Shown here: in pieces, positions 16,901 to 24,433 of the stretch
Layout: each line of letters begins with the position of its first letter
Position numbering within the stretch: the stretch's first letter is position 1
NCBI GenBank assembly: GCA_937907455.1
Contig: CALESQ010000079.1
Location: 1 to 64,000 of the forward strand
Origin: an uncultured Caldilineales bacterium
GTDB taxonomy: Bacteria; Chloroflexota; Anaerolineae; JAAEKA01
Direction of reading: 5' to 3'
Length of the DNA stretch: 64,000 nucleotides
Position numbers and translations under genes: made by a program
Notes under the pieces: model-generated
The model's input: the letters and a program-made list of their open reading frames with translations, nothing else
Database searches by the model: none
What the model was told of the DNA's origin: nothing

Positions 16901-18809
16901 CCTTGTCCAGTAAATCAGATGGGTGGGGCAATGAACTTTCCGGCAGCGCATTTTCCAATGCCGAAGAAGCCATGGTTCTGCGTGCTGGACTACGCAAAAT
17001 ATCAACCTGCTCTGAGCTAAGTCGCCACTCAACGACTGCCTGTTGCAGAGGGGTTGGATCAGACAAGGCCAGATGAGGAGCGGCAAAGTAGTCTTGCAGG
17101 CTTTTTTTGCCATCGCGATCCTTTTCCCAGGACCCCCGCGCCTCTTTGCGCGTCCAGTGGCCAATGGCCATGCGTCCCATCCAGAGGCTATCTGCCACCG
17201 GCGATTGCAAAAACAGCAAGGCGCGGTTGAAACTGTTGCCCTCGCGATGGGTAATCGTAGTCAACACGGCATGCCAAAAGCCTTCTTCTGACTCCTCGAT
17301 CAAACGCGGCAGCACGGCCCGGAGTTGCTTGGCTGCTTCATCCTGGCGCTTCTTCTCTTCTTCGCGCTCGTGCTGATAGGCCGCATAAATCGCACCGGCA
17401 ATTTGATCAGCAATTTTGCCGAGTAGCTGCTGATGGCTAGGCGTATAGGATATTTTTTCATCATAACTTTGAACAGCTAGCACACCAATGACTTTTCCAC
17501 TATCTAATCGCAGTGGCACGCCCAGCCAACAAGCAGCCGGCCTGCCAAAATGGTCAATGCCATTATCTTGACAGAATTTTATCGCATCATGAAAAAGCAG
17601 AGATTGGTTTTTGGATATGAGATAACCACTCACTGCACTACCTGGTTTATGCCAGTGGCGATCTTGTAACACGTTGTCTTCATAGTGTCTTCGATAATCA
17701 AGATAGCCTGTTTCCAAATCGGACAAAACAACCATAAAGTTAGATACATCCAGCTTGACACGTTTTCCCACCAGGCGGCGTATCTCGTCCAGCAGTTCAT
17801 CGAGATTGCTGGTAGCGGCTTTGGTAATGATCTGCCTGCCAATGGTACTCAACAACTCCGCTTCCCGCGCCTGCTCTTGCGTTTGCTCATGCAGCCGCGC
17901 CCGCTCTAACGCCGCTGCGGCCTGATTGCCGAACAAAGCTAATACCGCCCCGATTTGATTGCGCTGTTGTGCGCTAAAAGCAGAATCCAGTTCATCGTTG
18001 TCCAGAGTGAGTGTACCAACTTTGTGGTTTCCGCTCGACAGCGGGATTTTTACCCATTCTCCGACCGGTGGTTGCATCCCTTGGGCTGCATAAAATTCAT
18101 CAGTTCCACCCTTACCTGCCTCACGCGCCTTGAAGATCATCGGCTTGCCAGCTTCAATTGCTTGCTTGGAATACATTAACTCCTTCAAAGGTGCGCGCAA
18201 ACCTGCAAACCCTTTCAAGCGAGCGGTGCCTGCCTGACTAACACCTACCATTTCAGGATCACCCTGTGCTTCCTGGCCTTGTTCTACCAAGAGGCGCAAG
18301 CGCGCGCGCTTAAAATCAAAGTGTAGAGCGCCCTGAACAATGGCATCGGCTACAGCTTGCACGGTCGAGGCGCTCTGCATGGCGGTGGTGACCTCGGTCA
18401 AAATTTGCAGCCAGTTGCGTTCATTGCGAATACCACGGCTTTTTTCAATGGACTTAAGCACGTAGACGAGTTCGCGCGTGTCAAAAGGCTTGGTCAGATA
18501 GCGATACGCCCCCAAATCAAAGGCAGCAATCCCCGCCTCAACCTCGTTGTAACCAGTCAGGATGATGGCATCGCTTTCCGGGCTGAGATCGCGCAGTTGC
18601 CCCATCAAGACAACACCGTTAACGTCCGACCCTTCCAGGCGTTGATCCAAAACAAAAGCAGCAAAAGGCGAGGCAGCCTCCTTCACCGCCAAACGCGCCT
18701 GTGCTGCGCTGTTGACGGCAACCACATCAAATCCTTTTTCGAGTCGCCTCAGTTGCTCACCGAGCATGTGAGCAAGTACTTCGTCGTCGTCTACAATTAA
18801 AATACGCAT
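13935..18809 (-). CDS. Giant hybrid sensor histidine kinase: N-terminal REC, at least 6 tandem GAF domains, HisKA and HATPase_c (about 1,625 aa).
   Basis: REC: MRILIVDDDEV...AFVLDQRLEG. GAF cores, for example ACWLGVPLRLDSGKVIGVLAVQS, LGVIYFDY, IGALAVRQS and LIGVLVIKS. H-box ADIAHDINSEV. HATPase_c: QDNGPGLDF...GFGLLIAQSLIETMNGRI. The start was placed at the internal ATG at 18809 (MRILIV), giving a 16-nt gap to the upstream gene. Confidence 0.8.
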   Translation of the reverse strand: MRILIVDDDEVLAHMLGEQLRRLEKGFDVVAVNSAAQARLAVKEAASPFAAFVLDQRLEGSDVNGVVLMGQLRDLSPESDAIILTGYNEVEAGIAAFDLGAYRYLTKPFDTRELVYVLKSIEKSRGIRNERNWLQILTEVTTAMQSASTVQAVADAIVQGALHFDFKRARLRLLVEQGQEAQGDPEMVGVSQAGTARLKGFAGLRAPLKELMYSKQAIEAGKPMIFKAREAGKGGTDEFYAAQGMQPPVGEWVKIPLSSGNHKVGTLTLDNDELDSAFSAQQRNQIGAVLALFGNQAAAALERARLHEQTQEQAREAELLSTIGRQIITKAATSNLDELLDEIRRLVGKRVKLDVSNFMVVLSDLETGYLDYRRHYEDNVLQDRHWHKPGSAVSGYLISKNQSLLFHDAIKFCQDNGIDHFGRPAACWLGVPLRLDSGKVIGVLAVQSYDEKISYTPSHQQLLGKIADQIAGAIYAAYQHEREEEKKRQDEAAKQLRAVLPRLIEESEEGFWHAVLTTITHREGNSFNRALLFLQSPVADSLWMGRMAIGHWTRKEARGSWEKDRDGKKSLQDYFAAPHLALSDPTPLQQAVVEWRLSSEQVDILRSPARRTMASSALENALPESSLPHPSDLLDKATDYDCALLPVKQGGKVIGVLWVDNAFDGEPLRHGDLSKVEELLAQAMTEWQQAQERNRSRLLGEKYENILALNRRITERAAQRPLKESLQDLCDQSADSIMSANSIVIYPYLAETGAYDLNNVVHRGLNHGDDFISKNKPRQQGVTFSVLQSGNLVVADVDHSTLKFGGKRLAEHSFVKREGVKAMIAVPMRKALTAEPLGVIYFDYRTPRSFTEEDIARSEHLATIGATVISYAREFGQEQHGRVQAEHGMERQRLSMQLIANIQAQALASDVDEKKLRRSILSNTADLFDHRVKTTLAIAHWEGEGEQRKQMRRDYHLTPKGELRSLSSEIHAGAIGQVLEQNKPLHRNKNDLIVLLRTGEKAIGALAVRQSDKKASFSTLDEESLQRLGRACELALDSVRTRSDLQTMAQTIATVSASMDLATTLDAIVAYARKVAPELDCITMWYTDAEDKDKLISGPQWNVQNEKHRGSRTSDHLVKTVMERPNPLFASVIENGSVLDGDFTREEGIFSTAALSLRFGTKSAAIGALFLNYRKRHEFLATERALFTAFADAAATAIHNAQTLELAQQRQQRFETALRVATAAGASLDLDTVLRGVLNVLKEEFSRKDPTATPYIMLYEDREDVLELPKVAREFYQPTIPEYQHRVRLPLDGEGITCEVARRSLNEKKIIIENVKNVHDEKYKGIYVEVNSNTQSELCAGLLGSNDKLIGVLVIKSDTPNAFGEDDERLFEMAAKQVALALDRLGHAALAQSRVSVAGAMAWAADIAHDINSEVGYIRNRAGWLQTDTRATADQKVDWAKEIDGRAGQLADTVRDAHIERNDPVGFFLKEFLEPRVRHWRITNASDVKITFADDEDHVVYAYKEQTWRAVRHLLRNAAEALATTLVKQITLRVHRLSSEQVELQIQDNGPGLDFEARRHLLRGPFSTKKNDDTQQNSGFGLLIAQSLIETMNGRIHLYPAVEGQGALFAIRLPSKPSNSGAKS

Positions 18810-18825
18810 CGTTTTTCCCTTCCCG

Positions 18826-21039
18826 TCAGATACGATAGGGCAGCTCCACCGCCATGGTGGTGCCCCAAAGGGTATGGCTGGACTCGATAAATACACGACC
18901 GCCCTGAGATTCGATCAGGCTGCGGGCAATGAACAACCCCAGACCGCTTCCATCTTCTCTGGTGGTATAGTCCATCTCAAAAATTCGTTCCCACAAGCGC
19001 TGATGAATGCCCGGGCCGTCATCCTGCACATATAAGCGCAGGATGTTTTTTCCTTCATGTTTGGTTTGTAGCATTTGAATTTCAACCCGGCCGCCACGCT
19101 CCGGTCTCGTTAACGCGATTTGCTGGATGGCATTTTGTACTACATTCACCAACACCTGTTGCAGGTAGGTAATCATCGCCCGCGTGAAATAAAGTTTGGG
19201 AGCTGGGCGGAGAATTAATTCAACTTTGTTTTCTTTGGCCGTTTCGCTCAGCAGGCTCACCACTTCATGGGCAACTTCGTCCAGACGAATTAATTCTTCC
19301 ACCCCTGAGCGTGTTATTTTGCCGAAAGAGTGCATCGTATGGGCCATGCTTTGTGTTTGTTGCGTCAGCTTTTGCAGTTCTTCTTTTGTCCGTGCTGTTT
19401 CCCTGATAACTTCCTCAGGAGAAGTAAGGGCACATTGCTCTACCCGCTTGCAGCCCTCTTCGAGATCCCGCAAGATAAGATTGAGTGGGCTAATACGTCC
19501 GCTGATTTCATGAATCACGGTGCGGCTCAACTGCCCCAGCAAAGCAACCCGTTGTAAATCCGCCGTTTGTTTAATCAATTGCTGGCGTTCCAGCCAGGAA
19601 GCAATGCGCGCCGCGCTTCCTTCGGCGCTGGCGATCAGCCCATTGGGGATGAAAGCGAGCGGGTGACTGAAAAACAGGAACAATGCGTAGCGTTTGCGCA
19701 GATGAGCCGGCACCGGCACGCCGCAGCACGCGCTGAAATCAAGCAAAGGCAGCACGTGTCTTAAGCGTCCGGCGGTTTGCTGCTGAACATGGTTAGCAGT
19801 AAAAACAGTCTGCTCTTCAGCCACGTTGCGTATCGGACTGTAGATTAGCTCCGGCCACGCCGTGTTGCGCAAAGAAACAGGCCCTTTGTGTTCAAACACC
19901 TTGATCTGCGCCTGATCTGTATCCAGCTCAAAGAGCACTGCCTTGTCAGCTTGCGCAGCACTGATAGCACGCAGCAGCATAACAGCCAGTTCGCTTTGTT
20001 CAGCCTTGGGTACGGTAAATACAGATTGTTCTAATGTCATACGGGTAGGCGAACTGGAAGGTGCTAGTGATTGGTCGGGCTTTTCCAGCAACATTTCAGC
20101 TAAATGGTTAGGCAGTAAAGGCTTGATCAAGAGCGATACTCCCTCTTTGCGCAGGGGCGTTAGCTCCTTGTCACGGCGTTCTGCCCTTCCCCAATCGGTC
20201 ATCAACACGCAGCGCAGCTCAGGCCATTGGAATCTGATCTGCCGGGCTGCGGCAATGCCATCCATGCCGGGCAGGCCAATATCCATCAACACCAAATCCG
20301 CCGATTGTGCTTCAAGAAAGGCAAGAGCCTCCTCTGCCTTCTCAGCCACATAAACGACACGTTGACCGACATTACGTAGCCAGTTCGCCAGCGACAGACG
20401 TTGATCCTCCTCATCTTCTACCACTACGATAGATTTAGGAACGCTGCTCAAGAGCTGTTGAATAGCGGTATTGTTAAGTCGGCTGGGAGACAATCCCTGT
20501 ACTGCACTCTTTGTCACAGTTTCAGGGTAGTGCCCGGCGCTATTCCATCGGTATTTTTCCAGTTGGCGCATGCTCAAAGCAACCCGTCTGCGCTTGCGGT
20601 CAACCGCGTCTATCGTTACTTTGACCAGATCACCGGGCCAGAAAACATCACCTATTGCCTCTTGTTTCCAATCGGGAAGATGAGAGATATGAACCAACCC
20701 AGAAAAGTCCTTTTCGAGCTTAACAAATACCCCATACGGCATGATGCCATCAACAACGCCACTAACTAAAGCGCCTACTGGAAAGCCATCAGCAGTGACA
20801 TTCCACAAATAAGCTTCAGCCAGCCAAATTTCCTCACTGTGTTGGCCCACAGCTTCGATTGGCTGTACAACGATTTCCAGCGAGTCTCCAGGCTTGTAAC
20901 GAGGAATTCTGGGGAACTTTGCCAGGATTTCAGGATTTGTGTCCCGCACCAACCCCTGCCGCCCATCCGGCAGCGCGACAATCAACCCGGCAGGGGTTGC
21001 GCGCACAACACGGGCATGGAGGGGCTGCGAGTAAAGCAT
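18826..21039 (-). CDS. Hybrid sensor histidine kinase with two N-terminal S1 RNA-binding domains, then REC, HisKA and HATPase_c.
   Basis: S1 domain: GALVSGVVDGIMPYGVFVKLEKDFSGLVHISHL...GDLVKVTIDAVDRKRRRVALSMRQL. REC: KSIVVVEDEEDQRL...DLVLMDIGLPGMDG. H-box VIHEISGRISPL. HATPase_c: YVQDDGPGIH...GSGLGLFIARSLIESQGGRV. Confidence 0.75.
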   Translation of the reverse strand: MLYSQPLHARVVRATPAGLIVALPDGRQGLVRDTNPEILAKFPRIPRYKPGDSLEIVVQPIEAVGQHSEEIWLAEAYLWNVTADGFPVGALVSGVVDGIMPYGVFVKLEKDFSGLVHISHLPDWKQEAIGDVFWPGDLVKVTIDAVDRKRRRVALSMRQLEKYRWNSAGHYPETVTKSAVQGLSPSRLNNTAIQQLLSSVPKSIVVVEDEEDQRLSLANWLRNVGQRVVYVAEKAEEALAFLEAQSADLVLMDIGLPGMDGIAAARQIRFQWPELRCVLMTDWGRAERRDKELTPLRKEGVSLLIKPLLPNHLAEMLLEKPDQSLAPSSSPTRMTLEQSVFTVPKAEQSELAVMLLRAISAAQADKAVLFELDTDQAQIKVFEHKGPVSLRNTAWPELIYSPIRNVAEEQTVFTANHVQQQTAGRLRHVLPLLDFSACCGVPVPAHLRKRYALFLFFSHPLAFIPNGLIASAEGSAARIASWLERQQLIKQTADLQRVALLGQLSRTVIHEISGRISPLNLILRDLEEGCKRVEQCALTSPEEVIRETARTKEELQKLTQQTQSMAHTMHSFGKITRSGVEELIRLDEVAHEVVSLLSETAKENKVELILRPAPKLYFTRAMITYLQQVLVNVVQNAIQQIALTRPERGGRVEIQMLQTKHEGKNILRLYVQDDGPGIHQRLWERIFEMDYTTREDGSGLGLFIARSLIESQGGRVFIESSHTLWGTTMAVELPYRI

Positions 21040-21157
21040 GGTCGGCAGCTTTCGTGAACAGAAAACAGCATACAGACGAGGACGATAACGCGGGGAAAGT
21101 TCACTCGCTATTATAACACAGCCACACTGCCCTGCTGCTATCAGATTTCTGGCAAAA

Positions 21158-21262
21158 TCCTGACAAAGCTGTCAAAGATTTCTGACATGCGCCTTTTGTC
21201 AGAAATTGCAGCCAGTTGTCAGCCGCCAGACAGCCTGGTGTCAGGTAGGAATTCCTGACCTG
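21158..21262. promoter_or_regulatory. Array of TGTCAG/CTGACA inverted repeats (candidate operator sites) in the promoter region of the S1-HK / TIR operon.
   Basis: CTGACAaagcTGTCA (21160-21174); TTCTGACAtgcgccttTTGTCAGAA (21180-21204); TTGTCAGccgcCAGACA (21216-21235); GGTGTCAGGtaggaattCCTGACC (21238-21260). Also a direct repeat AGATTTCTG x2. Confidence 0.55.
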
Positions 21263-21342
21263 TGATAACATGATAACAGAACGGAACCAAACAACACCCT
21301 CCGTTTTCACCACTGAATTCCCGAACGAAAGGAGTTGTCACC

Positions 21343-21567
21343 ATGGAAATCGCACTCGTGTTGCTGTTCATCATCGGTCTGATGGGTGTCTACATTCTTT
21401 ACCTGACCGTGCGCCTGAGCCTGTCGAGCCGCACCACGATGGTAGTGATGGCCCCAACTCCTGCTGGCGAGCAAGGTAACGGCTGCGGCGTGGCCGTGTT
21501 CCTGATCCTGACCATCATTGCAGCCATCATCCTCACCCTGGTCTTTGGACCGATCTTTCTCGGATAA
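21343..21567 (+). CDS. Small two-TM membrane protein (hypothetical).
   Basis: RBS AAAGGAG; two hydrophobic helices (LVLLFIIGLMGVYILYL and VFLILTIIAAIILTLVFG). Confidence 0.5.
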   Translation: MEIALVLLFIIGLMGVYILYLTVRLSLSSRTTMVVMAPTPAGEQGNGCGVAVFLILTIIAAIILTLVFGPIFLG

Positions 21568-21620
21568 ACTACCCCCACTCTATAATCACTCCGCAACCCC
21601 ATTTGCAAAGGAGTATCCCC

Positions 21621-21983
21621 ATGAACACCCTCACCGCCAAACTCTACGAGAAGAAACTGTTGGAAGAAAAAGCTTGGTGCACTGACATGATCGAACACCT
21701 GGCTGACCATGCCACCATGGACCCCCAGAACAACTACGCCGTAACAATGGCTCGGCACAAGCTGGTCAAGATCGAACGGGCTTTACGCCGGGTTGCTGCC
21801 GGCACCTATGATCAGTGCGACCAATGCGGCGACAAGATCGAGGCGGAGCGCCTTGAAATCCTGCTTGACAGCGAACACCATAGCTGCGCCCGTTGCGCCA
21901 CTGCCATTCGTCCCACCAACAAGCGAATGCCGGTGCGCCAACCAGCCTACGGCTACGGCCAGATGGCCCTGGCGCAGGCATAG
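21621..21983 (+). CDS. DksA/TraR-family C4 zinc-finger protein.
   Basis: CDQCGDKIEAERL...HHSCARCA four-Cys finger after an N-terminal coiled coil. RBS AAAGGAGT upstream of the ATG at 21621. Confidence 0.65.
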   Translation: MNTLTAKLYEKKLLEEKAWCTDMIEHLADHATMDPQNNYAVTMARHKLVKIERALRRVAAGTYDQCDQCGDKIEAERLEILLDSEHHSCARCATAIRPTNKRMPVRQPAYGYGQMALAQA

Positions 21984-22035
21984 CGCTAAACCCTCACCCT
22001 ACACGCGTTTCTGTTGAGGCACAGGAGGCAAGCCC

Positions 22036-22359
22036 ATGAACGTTCCCAACCTGCGCAACTCTGACACCGCCGGACTAGCCGCCATTCGTCGCTGGCAGCC
22101 ATGCGCCATAATCGCTGCTGATATGGCTGCAACCACCGGCGACTCGGTCCAGCCAATCTATTTTAACATCAGTTATGGCCTTGCTGCCCAAGCCCATTAC
22201 CCCTGGGCAGCCCGGATGTGGGAACTGAAAACTCCTCCCAAGCGTCCGGCAATTGACAAAATCGTACTCTCTGCAGAGGCTCTCACCTGCCTGCAGGATG
22301 TGCTAGATCTGCTAGAGGCAACGCTCATCCCATCAACCGACTATGTACTTATACAATAA
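22036..22359 (+). CDS. Hypothetical protein.
   Basis: ORF with RBS ACAGGAGG; followed by a terminator. Confidence 0.4.
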   Translation: MNVPNLRNSDTAGLAAIRRWQPCAIIAADMAATTGDSVQPIYFNISYGLAAQAHYPWAARMWELKTPPKRPAIDKIVLSAEALTCLQDVLDLLEATLIPSTDYVLIQ

Positions 22360-22377
22360 GTATGACCAACCGCACTG

Positions 22378-22412
22378 AACGCTGTTCTGGCCAACCAGAG
22401 CAGCGTTTTTGA
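22378..22412 (+). terminator. Rho-independent terminator.
   Basis: aacgctgttctgg cc aa ccagagcagcgtt followed by TTTTT. Confidence 0.6.
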
Positions 22413-22536
22413 TTCTCATCTCCGAACTCTACACACACGCTCTGCGCGGCGTTCACCGCGTCCCTGTGATTTGACAAGTTGCCCTACTGTAAATAGAATT
22501 AGAACATATTTTCTAATTCCCGAGAAACAATCAACC

Positions 22537-22797
22537 ATGGGTCAACTCGTCTGGCATCGGCACGACATCGAGAATATCCTGCGCGGCGTGGAGCTGGCAG
22601 GCCTGCAAACCGCGGGTCAGATGAATGACGCAGAGCTGGCCGGCTATCGCCGCGGCTTCCTGGCCGCGTTGGCGGCCACGGCTACCAGCTTCGGCATTGA
22701 GGTGAGACCCTTGCCTCTCGCCGCCCCCGCAGAAAGCCAACTCCCCCCCCTTACCCCCGCGCATCACCGCTATCCAAACCGAACGGGAGAGCGCTAA
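22537..22797 (+). CDS. Hypothetical small protein (weak call).
   Basis: ORF from the internal ATG MGQLVWHR. No recognisable domain. Confidence 0.3.
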   Translation: MGQLVWHRHDIENILRGVELAGLQTAGQMNDAELAGYRRGFLAALAATATSFGIEVRPLPLAAPAESQLPPLTPAHHRYPNRTGER

Positions 22798-24189
22798 CTT
22801 AGCGAATCAGGGCCTGCACCGCGGTTGCCCATGTTCCTCAGCAATTCCATCATCAGCAAACGCGTTACCATGTCCATTTCCTGACCGGTGGCGCTGGTGG
22901 CGGTATTACCGCTGCGCTGAATCTGCTCAATCATACTGAGCATCAGCAGATCGTTAGGGCTGGTATGGTAACTTCGCGCTTCACGCATAGCATCTGACAT
23001 TTTTTTTAGCGCTTCGCCGCGACCTTCAGCGACGTGAAAATCTATATCGCGCTGCAAATCAGCCTGCTCCCAGGCGAATTTTTGATCTTTATCAGCTACC
23101 CAGCGTTGCATAAGTCGCTGCGCGGCCAGGTCGGGGATGGTCACCGCGCCGATGCCGGTAATTGTCACTGTTACGCCCAAAAATTCATCGGTTACTTTGT
23201 TCACCAAATTACCCAGCTTCTTCTTGAATTCCGTTCGTCCTTCGCCATTCAACTTCAGAAACGTTTCCAGATCATAATCGGCAATGGCGTTGCGCGCTTC
23301 GCGTTCGGTAATGGCACGTACCGCGGTCCCCCAACTATTACCAGATGGCGACCAAACCTTGTTTGTGAGAAACATGTCCAGGTTCTTTTTCAGCTCCTGC
23401 GCAGAAATTCCCTTAAACTGTGGGGGGTTCACCTTGTGAAACACCGCCAGATTTAACTCTTCAATCACCAGAGGATCGCTGGTAGAGGCATTTCTCACCA
23501 CCACGGCTTCTCCTCTGCCAAAGAGCGGCACCACCATACAGATGCGCTCCATAGCTCCTAGCCAATGACTGCCTTCTTCTATAAAACGGGCGATACGGCC
23601 ACTTCGCTCGACAATCACCACATGATCGCGCTGCACTTCGATGGCTCCCGGCCCGGTGAGCACGGGATACGGAGGCGGAGCGGCCCGCAGCGTGACGATC
23701 TCGCCGTTGCGTATCTCCCATTCCGCCGGCACCCAGCCCAGGGCGCGCCGTAAGCCCAGCGTAAATGCATCGAACTTGCTCACACCCATCACTTGCGAGT
23801 CCGGCAGCAGGCGCAACAGCCTCACCGGCCCCAGCAGCAACGCGAACAACACCAGGGTGCCACCCATGCCCAGCAGCAAACCCCAGAAGTTTTGCAGCAG
23901 CGCTGTACCTGCAAAGACATGGATAAAGCGCGCCGCCGTGCCTTCGCTGAATACCTCATGCACACGGCCAAGTCCCCAGCGAAACAGCCAGGCAAGGGCC
24001 AATGCCTGCATAACAAACAGCCCACCATAGATGGCCGGGCGCTCTCGCCCCGGCGACCCGCGCAATAAAAGGAACATACACACGGCCAATGCCGCCGGCA
24101 CCAGGAAAATAATCCAGGGCCAGCCCAACTGAAGCGACCAAAAACCAGTAGCCACCATCACAAGGAGGATTAACAACGAACGCACCATG
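22794..24189 (-). CDS. Polytopic membrane protein (4 N-terminal TM helices) with a C-terminal soluble domain of possible SPFH/band-7 type (uncertain).
   Basis: N-terminal hydrophobic helices; C-terminal alpha-helical Lys/Glu-rich region. No diagnostic motif. Confidence 0.4.
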
Positions 24190-24433
24190 ACGCACCTCCA
24201 CTTGCCACCACCAAAAACCAAACCCGAAAGACGACAGCCACACAGTGCAAAATTTAGCAGCGTTGCACAGTCGCCGGCCCACTCCGAGCTTCCAACTCCA
24301 CTGTCTGGGCAATTTCTGCCGCAAGGGCAAAAACCCCCAAGTTAACAAGAAACAAAGCGTCACTATTGTCACACAAACAGATAACAAAAACCATGATTTA
24401 AATCATATTAGCCTTGCCAAAATCAGGGCGGCC

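Noticed and set aside
22794-24221. Calling the 22794..24189 membrane protein a defence-associated SPFH protein linked to the TIR operon.
   Set aside because: Only weak, composition-level resemblance to SPFH domains. It is separated from the operon by four small genes and a terminator.
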